Below are positions 11,292-19,099 of a DNA stretch of 64,000 nt, piece by piece (positions within the stretch are counted from its first letter, which is position 1; the number at the start of each line of letters is the position of its first letter). Under the pieces are notes generated by a model. It did not search any database and was not told where the DNA came from. It worked only from the letters and a program-made list of their open reading frames with translations. Source of the DNA: Candidatus Eiseniibacteriota bacterium (GTDB lineage: Bacteria; Eisenbacteria; RBG-16-71-46; JABDJR01); contig CAVXKA010000001.1 in NCBI GenBank assembly GCA_963762255.1, positions 416,001 through 480,000 on the forward strand, written 5' to 3'. The position numbers were made by a program, and so were the translations under genes.

Positions 11292-14200
11292 CGCAGCACG
11301 ACCCGCGTGGAGGAGATCGAAACGCCGTTCGCGGCAACGCGCGCGAAGTAGACACCGCGCGCGAGCGAGCCCGCGCCAAAATCCAGGCGCACTTCGGCCG
11401 GACCCGCGGGGAGCATTCCCGCGAACGGCGTCGCCACCCGACGGCCGCGGATGTCGAACAGATCGAGTGTGACCATGGCCTCGCGCTCCAACCGGAACCG
11501 CGCGGTTCCGGCGCCGGACAGTGGATTCGGAAACACCGAGAGAAACGGCGGAGGCGGCTCGCCGCCCCCTCCGGGCGTCCCGGTAGAGGTATCGGCGGCC
11601 ACGCGCACGATTCGAGCGACGGCGGTCCCGCCGCTGGAGTCGGTGAAGGGTTCGCCCGATCCGGTGTCCACCACGTAGAGGGCGCCGTCGGGGCCGATGG
11701 TCAGGCAGTCGCTGGCGAAGAGGTTGCCGAACCCGCTGGCCAGCACGCTGATCGCGCCGGCGGGCGTGATGCGCAGCACGGTCTCCGTGGCGATGTTGGC
11801 CACGAGCAGGTCGCCCTCGAACTGCCCTCTCGTGTCCACCACCATTGCGCACACGCCGTTCAAGAGGGTCGGATTCTGCACGAAGGTGCTCAAGGCACCG
11901 GTGGAGTCGGCGAAGAGGATCGACGAGGTGCCGTCGATGCTCGATGCGTACGCGGCCAAATCGGGATCGGCGACCAGGAGCCGCCGGCCGAAACCGAACA
12001 TTCCCAGCGCGGGGGCCACTCCCTCGGCGCCGTTGACCGGCGACGCGAACGGCACGTAGCCGGTGCCCGCTTCGTAGCGCTCCACCCGGTTGGATGTGTT
12101 GCTGACCAGGTAGGGAAACCCGCCGAGCGGCCCGGCGGGCAGACAGGCCAGGGCGCCGGTGTTGGTGGCGTTCGTGCCGGCGGCGATCTGGCTCACCACA
12201 CCCGCCGAGGTCACGCGAAGAAGTCCGTTGGGATCGGCGATCACGAGGTCCCCCGCGAAGGCGCCCGCATGATCGAAGTCGAGCCCTTCGGGCTTGCTCA
12301 GGAACGAACCCGACGCCAGCACGCTCACGGTGCCGGCGGTCGTGATGCGCAGCACGCGATTGTTCAGCGCGTCGCCCACATAGATGTTGTCGCTCCACGC
12401 ACCGCTCTCGCCGGCCGCGATCCCCATCGGCACGCCGATCCCGCTTCCCGACGCGAACTCGGTGGCGTGGAAACCGGAGGCCACGGTGAGACCCGGGATC
12501 CCACCCGCGATCGTGAAGAACGTCTCGAAGGCGACCCGCATCGGCGTGGCGTCGGAGGCGGTCGCCGAGGCGTCCAGGTGCAACGCGATCACGCTCCCCT
12601 CGGACCAGTCCTGCGACGGCGTGAACACCACCGCGCTGTCGGCCTCCCAGGTGAAGGCGCCGGGCACCGCAGGAATCACCGAGAACGCGGCCTCGACCGA
12701 CGCGTGGTTCATCGCCCGGTTGAAGCCGAGTCGCAGCGCGGGCCGCGGCGAGGCCGTCGTGGCCGCATGCGCCGGCGACTGCGTGTCCACCGCCGGCGTG
12801 GCACCGGTAACCGCCGACGACCGAACGAGGATGCGTGCATGCCGCGCGGGCACAGTCAGGCTGATGGATCCGCCGGAACCCACGCTCAAGCTGAACGACG
12901 GATCGCGCAGATCGGCGAGCGCTGTCCCGAAGGTCCATCCCGTCGAAAGGGATCCGCTCGAGCGCGCGGCCGAGGAGGAGTTCAACACCACCACGACGTC
13001 CTCGGTGGCGCCCGCGCGGCGGTACGCGTAGATGCCGGCGCCGGCTTCGCTCTTCAACTCCGTGAAGGCCCCGGTGCGCAGCGCGTCGTAGCGCGAGCGG
13101 ATGTCGTTCAAGTCACGCGTCCGCTTGTAGAGCGGGTGGGTCATGTTGAAGTTGTCGCCCAGGCTCGGGCCGTACTCCCACGCCCCGTCCCACATGTCTT
13201 CGCGATCGTAGGGATCGCCCCCACCGTCGAACGCCTGCTCGGTCCCCTGGTAGACGCAGGGCACGCCTCGCGTGGTGAGCATGAAGTCGAGGGCCGCGTT
13301 GAGCTTGGTAGCGTCCTGGGCTGCCCCGCCGGAAGAGAGGAATCGCGCCACATCGTGGTTGTCGAGAAAGGTGACCAGCCTCTCCTGCGCGGCGGGGTCA
13401 TAGTTGCCGAGCGCGGCGTAACGATCGGTGAGAAGCGACGTGCGCTGGCCGAAGGCGAAGACATTGTCCATCGTCCACTTCATCGGGAAGTAGAGCACCG
13501 AATCGAGCGTGAAGGCTCCTCCCGCCTTGGTCCCGGTGTAGGAACCGCACTTGGCGTCGCTCCCGTCGAACACCTCGCCGTAGAAGAAGATGTTGTTCTT
13601 GCCGAGCGACGCGGCGTGGGCGCGCACGGCCGGCGTCCACGTCTGCCAGAACGGCATGTCCACGTGCTTGACGGTGTCGATGCGAAAACCGTCGCAGTCC
13701 GACACGTCGATGAGCCAGTTCATGGCATCCACGAGTCCCGCGACCACGGACGGATCCTCGGTCTTGAGGTCGTCCAGGCTGGAGAGCTCCCCCAACACCT
13801 GGTCGGGGTCCACCCAGTTCTGGATCCCCCCGTTGTTGTGGAACCAAGCCAGGTTATTGAAGAGCCCTCCCGGCCGCTTGCTGGTCCGCCACCGCAGCAC
13901 GTAGGGGCTCGGGTCATCGTGGAACGCGGGGTATCCGGAAGTGCCGGAGTCGATCATGTCCCCCATGTGGTTGCAGACGATGTCGACCACAAGGTACATG
14001 CCGCGAGCGTGCAGCGCGTCGGCGAGCGCGCGCAATTCCGCCTGGGTGCCGAAGTGGGGGGCGATCGCCTTGAAGTCCCGCGCGGCGTAGCCGTGGTGCT
14101 CCCCCCAGACGTTGACCACCACCGGGCTGATCCAGATCGCCTTGAAGCCCAGCCCCTGGATGTAGTCGAGTTTCTCCATGACCCCCGCGAAGTCCCCGCC

Positions 14201-14473
14201 GTGCACGTTGCCCGAGTACCACGAGCCGTCGCCGGCGAACCCGGGGTCGTAAGAGCCCTCCGCGTTGTTGTTGGCCGGATTGCCGTCGAAGAACCGGTCG
14301 GTGAAAATCTGGTAGATCGGCACGTCGCGCCAATCGGCCGGCGACGGTGTATACACGGCGGGTGCAGCGACTGCGGCGGGCGCGCCGAGCGGCACCCGCG
14401 GCGCGAGCGGCAAAGCAAGCGCGAGCGTGAACGCCAACGTGAGCGCAGATGCGATGACAATCCGCCGCATCAT
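11288..14473 (-). CDS. Secreted GH13 alpha-amylase-family protein with Ig-like, beta-propeller and FlgD-Ig-like C-terminal domains
   Basis: Signal peptide; IYQIFTDRF, GGDFAG, DIVCNH, DGFRIDTVKH, FYGEVF, FLDNHD (GH13 regions I-IV); ATGA coupling with upstream gene. Confidence 0.93.
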   Translation of the reverse strand: MMRRIVIASALTLAFTLALALPLAPRVPLGAPAAVAAPAVYTPSPADWRDVPIYQIFTDRFFDGNPANNNAEGSYDPGFAGDGSWYSGNVHGGDFAGVMEKLDYIQGLGFKAIWISPVVVNVWGEHHGYAARDFKAIAPHFGTQAELRALADALHARGMYLVVDIVCNHMGDMIDSGTSGYPAFHDDPSPYVLRWRTSKRPGGLFNNLAWFHNNGGIQNWVDPDQVLGELSSLDDLKTEDPSVVAGLVDAMNWLIDVSDCDGFRIDTVKHVDMPFWQTWTPAVRAHAASLGKNNIFFYGEVFDGSDAKCGSYTGTKAGGAFTLDSVLYFPMKWTMDNVFAFGQRTSLLTDRYAALGNYDPAAQERLVTFLDNHDVARFLSSGGAAQDATKLNAALDFMLTTRGVPCVYQGTEQAFDGGGDPYDREDMWDGAWEYGPSLGDNFNMTHPLYKRTRDLNDIRSRYDALRTGAFTELKSEAGAGIYAYRRAGATEDVVVVLNSSSAARSSGSLSTGWTFGTALADLRDPSFSLSVGSGGSISLTVPARHARILVRSSAVTGATPAVDTQSPAHAATTASPRPALRLGFNRAMNHASVEAAFSVIPAVPGAFTWEADSAVVFTPSQDWSEGSVIALHLDASATASDATPMRVAFETFFTIAGGIPGLTVASGFHATEFASGSGIGVPMGIAAGESGAWSDNIYVGDALNNRVLRITTAGTVSVLASGSFLSKPEGLDFDHAGAFAGDLVIADPNGLLRVTSAGVVSQIAAGTNATNTGALACLPAGPLGGFPYLVSNTSNRVERYEAGTGYVPFASPVNGAEGVAPALGMFGFGRRLLVADPDLAAYASSIDGTSSILFADSTGALSTFVQNPTLLNGVCAMVVDTRGQFEGDLLVANIATETVLRITPAGAISVLASGFGNLFASDCLTIGPDGALYVVDTGSGEPFTDSSGGTAVARIVRVAADTSTGTPGGGGEPPPPFLSVFPNPLSGAGTARFRLEREAMVTLDLFDIRGRRVATPFAGMLPAGPAEVRLDFGAGSLARGVYFARVAANGVSISSTRVVLR

Positions 14474-15711
14474 CGCGCCCTCACCGCACGCACGGTGCGC
14501 ACGCTTCCTCGGCGGTCTTCCGCGCGAATCCAGTAGATCCCGGGACCGACGTCGAGCCCCGCGGCATCGCGCCCGTCCCATCGCCAGGGTTGTCCCCCCA
14601 CCGCTTCATGCCGCACCACTCGTCCCTCCGCGTTAAGCACCCACATGCGATCCGCCTTCCATGCATCCGTGGACCCCACCGCCACCGAACCCAGAAACGG
14701 GCTCGGCCAGGCGACCAGCCCCGCCATCGTCGCAGGCCCGAGCTCGCCCACTGCAAGCTGCGACGTGTCCACCAACAGCTCACCCATCACGAACCCGGTC
14801 ATCGTCGCCCGGCTCACCCCCAGGAGGTGCGCGATCGTCGCGCCGACATCCTCCTGACGGCGGGGTTGAGAACTGATCACCCCGGGCAGGAAGTCCGGGC
14901 CTCGCGCGATCAGGAAGAGCGTGCGGCAACCCGGGCAGCCGTCGCCGTGCGCTGTGAACCCACCATGCGCGTCGTCGTGACGGCCGTGATCGGCGGTCAC
15001 GATCAGGTCGGTGTCCCCGGCCAGAATCGGGTCGGCCTGGATGAAGTCCCAGAGCGCGCCGGCCAGGGAGTCGGCGCGGCTCAGCGCGCTCAGGTAACCG
15101 GTCCAGCTTCCGGTGTGCGCGGCCAGATCCACCGAGGCAAAGTTGAGGCACATGAAAGTCGGGTGATCGGCCGCCAGCACCGCGGTCGCGGCGCCGAAGG
15201 TCGTGGGGTCATTGCGCAGGGCGACGTTCAACGAGGCACCGTAGGCGGCCCCAAACCCCGGGTAGGTGCTGTACGTGAGGGCCGAGAACTTGTCCTTCCC
15301 TCCGATCATCCAGACCGAGGACTGAGGGAGCCCCTTTTCCTTGCGGAGCAATTCGAAGAGCGTGGGTCGGGTCGGCCGCTGCGTCGCGTCGTTGGCGATG
15401 AGCTGCGTCGTGCCGGTGATGAGGGTGGAGTGCCCGGGGAGGGTCTCCGTCTTCCCCATGTTCGAGAAGGCCGTGATCCACCCGCCGGAGGGGGCGAGCA
15501 TGCCGCTCAGGACCGGCGCGCGCGGGTATCCGGGCTCGGCAAGGAACTCCGTCTGGCGCGGCCCATCGATGACCAGAAGCACGACATGGCCTGCGGCGGC
15601 CCACGCCGAGGCTGCGGCGCCAAAAATCAGGCCGCAGGTGACCGCGACCACCAGGGCGAAGCGTCGTCTCAGCCCCCCGTCAGGGGGCCTGCGCCAGGAA
15701 AAGCGGGTCAT
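14470..15711 (-). CDS. Secreted alkaline-phosphatase-superfamily metalloenzyme with FlgD-Ig-like C-terminal domain
   Basis: VVLLVIDG, TLPGHSTLITG, DLAAH, TADHGRH motifs; WDGRD...GIYW tail. Confidence 0.8.
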   Translation of the reverse strand: MTRFSWRRPPDGGLRRRFALVVAVTCGLIFGAAASAWAAAGHVVLLVIDGPRQTEFLAEPGYPRAPVLSGMLAPSGGWITAFSNMGKTETLPGHSTLITGTTQLIANDATQRPTRPTLFELLRKEKGLPQSSVWMIGGKDKFSALTYSTYPGFGAAYGASLNVALRNDPTTFGAATAVLAADHPTFMCLNFASVDLAAHTGSWTGYLSALSRADSLAGALWDFIQADPILAGDTDLIVTADHGRHDDAHGGFTAHGDGCPGCRTLFLIARGPDFLPGVISSQPRRQEDVGATIAHLLGVSRATMTGFVMGELLVDTSQLAVGELGPATMAGLVAWPSPFLGSVAVGSTDAWKADRMWVLNAEGRVVRHEAVGGQPWRWDGRDAAGLDVGPGIYWIRAEDRRGSVRTVRAVRAR

Positions 15712-15725
15712 CTAACCCCCTGCCG

Positions 15726-15754
15726 TTGCAAAACCCGATGCCTCCCCCTATAGT
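15726..15754 (+). promoter_or_regulatory. Sigma70-type promoter for peptidase M15 gene
   Basis: TTGCAA-17 nt-TATAGT. Confidence 0.5.
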
Positions 15755-15889
15755 CCGGTCGACCTCATGCCGATCGGGACGGTACAGAGGGCACCCACCC
15801 GTCCCCGCTCGGAAGGCAGTGGATCACGGCAACCCCTCCTGAGCCGCTCCGCCGCCAACAGCCCGCGACAACCTTTCGAACAGGACGAC

Positions 15890-16888
15890 ATGAAGTCTAC
15901 CAGGAAGCAGAGCGTTTCTTACGTGCGCTCCGGGGCCCTCACCCGGATATTGCTCGTGCTCACCTGGGTCCTCCTCGCCGTCGCCACCCCTCGGGGGCTC
16001 CACGCCGACTTCTCCGTCTTTCGCGCGCCCTCTCACATCGTGAGCCTCTTCGCCCTCCCGGGTGAGGACGTGCCCTTCGATCTGGCCACCTACGCGGGCA
16101 CGGTGCCGAAGCTTCTCGATCGCTACCAGATCGAATCCTCGGATGGGATCCAGGTGGTGCTCGAAGACAAGTGCCGATTCGTTCTGACCGCGCCAGGGGA
16201 GGTCGGAATCTACCCGGTCAGCTTCCAGGAGCTCACGGAACCCGGCATCCCCAAGCCTCTCCCCTACCGGGTCCAACTCGTCGTCATGCGCCCCGCCACC
16301 GAGGCGGTCAACGGGGTTCTCAACGGGTACCCCATCGGGGTCTATCCGACCGGTGACTCGAACCAACCTTGGCAATTCGAGTTCCCGCGAGGTTTCGTGG
16401 AGATCACGGAGACGAACCGGAGCACCCTGCTCAGCGACCACATCAGCCTCTCCGACATCGAGTGCAAGCTCGACGCCCCGTTCCCGCGGTACGCTGCTGT
16501 TCGGACCTCCCTGCTGATGAAGCTCGAAGGTCTGGCCGACCAGCTCTTGCAGCGCGGCTTGCCCGGCGACGCGATCAAGGTGCTGAGCGGATTCCGCACC
16601 CCCGGTTACAACTCCGAAGTCGGTAACCGCACGACCTTCAGCCGACACGTCGTGGGGGACGCCGCCGACATCTACATCGACCATGACGGGAACGAAGCCA
16701 TGGACGATCTCAACGGCGATGGGCGGGTGAACCGCCGCGATGCCATGCTCCTGCTCGAAATCGTGGACGAGATGGATCACTCCGAGGACTACTCGGCCCT
16801 CGTGGGCGGCGCGTCCGCCTACCGCACCACGGGCTCCCACGGCCCCTTCGTCCACGTCGATACCCGAGGCTACCCGGCCCGCTGGTAG
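15890..16888 (+). CDS. Peptidase M15 (D-Ala-D-Ala carboxypeptidase/YcbK-like)
   Basis: Signal/TM segment; SGFRTPGYN, SRH-x6-D (SRHVVGDAADI), FVHVDTRG motifs. Confidence 0.88.
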   Translation: MKSTRKQSVSYVRSGALTRILLVLTWVLLAVATPRGLHADFSVFRAPSHIVSLFALPGEDVPFDLATYAGTVPKLLDRYQIESSDGIQVVLEDKCRFVLTAPGEVGIYPVSFQELTEPGIPKPLPYRVQLVVMRPATEAVNGVLNGYPIGVYPTGDSNQPWQFEFPRGFVEITETNRSTLLSDHISLSDIECKLDAPFPRYAAVRTSLLMKLEGLADQLLQRGLPGDAIKVLSGFRTPGYNSEVGNRTTFSRHVVGDAADIYIDHDGNEAMDDLNGDGRVNRRDAMLLLEIVDEMDHSEDYSALVGGASAYRTTGSHGPFVHVDTRGYPARW

Positions 16889-16902
16889 GCCCCGGCCCCC
16901 CC

Positions 16903-16930
16903 TAAAGTCCGGCATCCCTTAATCCGATAA
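16903..16930 (+). promoter_or_regulatory. Possible sigma28 (FliA/SigD)-like promoter for the sensor kinase
   Basis: TAAA-16 nt-TCCGATAA versus consensus TAAA-N15/16-GCCGATAA. Confidence 0.35.
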
Positions 16931-16969
16931 CTGGTTGTCACAGTTTCCCCTCGATGGCAAAGGGATCTC

Positions 16970-18400
16970 GTGAAACCCAGAGTCAAGCTTATAGTCGGCC
17001 TCGTCATCGCCGCGGCGTCGGTGCTCGTGCTCATTTCCCTGGTGCGCCAGGGCAAGTGGGATCTCGAGCACGTGCTGCTGTGGACCGTGGTGTGCCTGGT
17101 AAGCGAGCTCTTCTGGGTGAAGACGCCGAGCGGGGACTCGGTTCAGAGTCTCGCCGCCACCGCCAAGCTCTCGGCTATCCTCATTCTCGACGTCTGGGCG
17201 GCCCTGCTCACCATCTTCGTGAGCACGGTGGTGGGGAACTTCATCTTCCGCCGCTCGAAATGGTATCGCGCGGTCTACAACGGCTCACAGCTCCTGCTGG
17301 CCGGCGCCGCGGCGGCCCTCGTGTATCAGGCCCTCGGTGGGACCCCCTTCCTGAACACGTTCAGTCTTCCCGGCGGACAACGCATGGAAGCGGTCGCCGG
17401 AAGCCTGGCCGATCGTCGGTTCCTCTCCGCGTTCCTCCTCGCCAGCATCAGCTACATCATGGTCAACAACACGCTCATGGCCTGGCTCATGAGCGCGATG
17501 ACCGGCCGGCGCATGACCACGCTGTGGAAAGAGAACTGCCTCTATGCGGAGGAAGTCCAGAGCAGCCTGGCTCTCGTGCTCCTGAGCCCGCTTCTCGTGC
17601 TGCTCTACGGGACGCTCGGCGTGCCCGGACTGCTCATCCTCTTCGCGTGCCTGGCGCTCGTGCACGCCGCCAATCGCCGCTACCTCGCGGTGATCCGAGC
17701 TCAGGAAGACCTACTCCGCTCGGAACGCATGGCAGCGATGGGCGAGATGGCCGAGGAGATCGGCCGCAGCCTCGGCCACTACCTGAACGATCTCAAGGTC
17801 AGCGCGAACAGGGTGTTCCAGCGCGCCCGTCATGCGGGCGGGGAGAAGGTCCTGCACAGCGCGGAGGTCATCCACATCAACGTGGGGAACATGTCGGCTC
17901 TGGTCGACGGCCTCGCCGCCTTCTCCCATCAGGAGACCCACAAGGTCCCCACCGACCTCAACGAGCTGGTCCGCCGCACCGTGGACTTCGTCCGGCCGCA
18001 GAATCGATTCGACGGGATCCATTTCAAGATCACTCCCGACCCGATCCTGCCCATGGTGAGCATCGACCCCGCGCAGTTGCAGCAGGTCTTCATCAACCTC
18101 CTGACCAACGCCGCCGATGCCCTCGCCGAGGTAGACCGCCCGGTAAAGAAGATCTTCGTCGAGACCCACTACGATCCGGGCGCTCAGCGCGTGCGGGTCG
18201 CGTTCTCCGACAACGGACCCGGCGTCCCCGACGCCAACCTGAACCGCATCTTTGAACCGCACTTCACCACGAAGATCACCGGGCACGGCTTCGGGCTCTC
18301 CACCGCCTTCCGTATCGCCGCCAACCATCGTGGGCTAATCCGGGCGAGCAACATCCCCGGCGGCGGCGCCAACTTCCTCATCGACCTGCCGAACTCCTAG
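16970..18400 (+). CDS. Membrane sensor histidine kinase (MASE9-like multi-TM input, HATPase_c) with degenerate H-box
   Basis: About 8 TM helices with RAVYNGSQ...YQALGG and YIMVNN motifs; N box QVFINLLTNAADA, G1 DNGPG, F IFEPHFTTK, G2 GHGFGL; H-box reads MGEMAEEIGRSLGHYL. Confidence 0.85.
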   Translation: MKPRVKLIVGLVIAAASVLVLISLVRQGKWDLEHVLLWTVVCLVSELFWVKTPSGDSVQSLAATAKLSAILILDVWAALLTIFVSTVVGNFIFRRSKWYRAVYNGSQLLLAGAAAALVYQALGGTPFLNTFSLPGGQRMEAVAGSLADRRFLSAFLLASISYIMVNNTLMAWLMSAMTGRRMTTLWKENCLYAEEVQSSLALVLLSPLLVLLYGTLGVPGLLILFACLALVHAANRRYLAVIRAQEDLLRSERMAAMGEMAEEIGRSLGHYLNDLKVSANRVFQRARHAGGEKVLHSAEVIHINVGNMSALVDGLAAFSHQETHKVPTDLNELVRRTVDFVRPQNRFDGIHFKITPDPILPMVSIDPAQLQQVFINLLTNAADALAEVDRPVKKIFVETHYDPGAQRVRVAFSDNGPGVPDANLNRIFEPHFTTKITGHGFGLSTAFRIAANHRGLIRASNIPGGGANFLIDLPNS

Positions 18401-18407
18401 CCCCTTG

Positions 18408-18451
18408 TGTCGTCAAGCGGCGACACCATCTGTCGTCAAAAATTGACGACA
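18408..18451. promoter_or_regulatory. Tandem palindromic sites (candidate enhancer-binding-protein UAS)
   Basis: Perfect 9-3-9 palindrome TGTCGTCAA-AAA-TTGACGACA (18431-18451) plus related TGTCGTCAAGCGGCGACA (18408-18425), 160-210 bp upstream of a sigma54 promoter. Confidence 0.55.
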
Positions 18452-18562
18452 CCCTAACGCTTTGCCGGTTCGTAGTTTAAGCTGATGGTCGCGCACGGTG
18501 TCACCTGTTGTTGACGGCGCGCACCGAGACACCCCCTCCACCCGCCGCGCACAACTGCCAGC

Positions 18563-18587
18563 TAACTTGTTGTATTAATTAGTGTTG
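18563..18587. promoter_or_regulatory. AT-rich IHF-like site
   Basis: TAACTTGTTGTATTAATTAGTGTTG; minus strand ATACAACAAGTTA resembles WATCAANNNNTTR; lies between palindromes and -24/-12 promoter. Confidence 0.45.
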
Positions 18588-18614
18588 AGGCATTTGCCCC
18601 AGGGACATTGCAAA

Positions 18615-18630
18615 TGGCACGGCCGTTGCG
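18615..18630 (+). promoter_or_regulatory. Sigma54 (-24/-12) promoter
   Basis: TGGCAC-GGCCG-TTGCG matches TGGCAC-N5-TTGCW with exact GG-N10-GC spacing. Confidence 0.8.
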
Positions 18631-18696
18631 TATATGGGTCAGCGTGGTTGGCAAGAGGCCCTGAAGACCTGAACCCGAAGAAGGGGGGAGACAACA

Positions 18697-18789
18697 ATGC
18701 TAGGCATCATCACGAAGATGCTCGCTCTCGCCGGTGAGTGGCAGTGGTACGGCGAGTGGCAGTGGTTTGGCGAATGGCAGTGGTTCTAG
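18697..18789 (+). CDS. 30-aa Trp-rich tandem-repeat peptide MLGIITKMLALAGEWQWYGEWQWFGEWQWF (candidate signalling peptide/RiPP precursor)
   Basis: GGGGAG RBS 6 nt before ATG; three GEWQW[Y/F] repeats with synonymous codon variation (GGT/GGC, GAG/GAA, TTT/TTC); own promoter and terminator. Confidence 0.85.
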   Translation: MLGIITKMLALAGEWQWYGEWQWFGEWQWF

Positions 18790-18800
18790 TCGCCTGACCG

Positions 18801-18829
18801 GCGGGGGCACAGGCCCCCGCTTCTCTTTT
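18801..18829 (+). terminator. Rho-independent terminator after the peptide gene
   Basis: GCGGGGGC-ACAG-GCCCCCGC stem-loop followed by TTCTCTTTT. Confidence 0.85.
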
Positions 18830-19099
18830 GAGCCCGGTCTTCGCGCCTGCGGAGGCCGGCTCCAGCAGACGACTCGACATCGATCGGCTTGAAGTTCCGC
18901 GACCCAGCGGTGCCGGCTTCCGGCAGAGCATCGTGAGGTCTGTCTGCGGAGCCATTCCCCAATGGCTCCGCAGGCGCGTTTTCGCCCCCTCCATCTCGCC
19001 CCACGGCTTTCCCCACCCCGGGGTCCAGACAGTCGGTCATCCTGCCGAAAACCAAAGGGAGAATTGCTCACTCCAGGCACTCACCCGGTGAAACACCAC

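Noticed and set aside
18733-18786. Mini CRISPR array or VNTR (18-bp repeats)
   Set aside because: No spacers; variation is mostly synonymous within an ORF, so it is a coding repeat
18697-18829. Trp/aromatic attenuator leader peptide
   Set aside because: Downstream gene is not aromatic biosynthesis or transport, no antiterminator is evident, and an exact hexapeptide repeat under a sigma54 promoter fits a peptide product better
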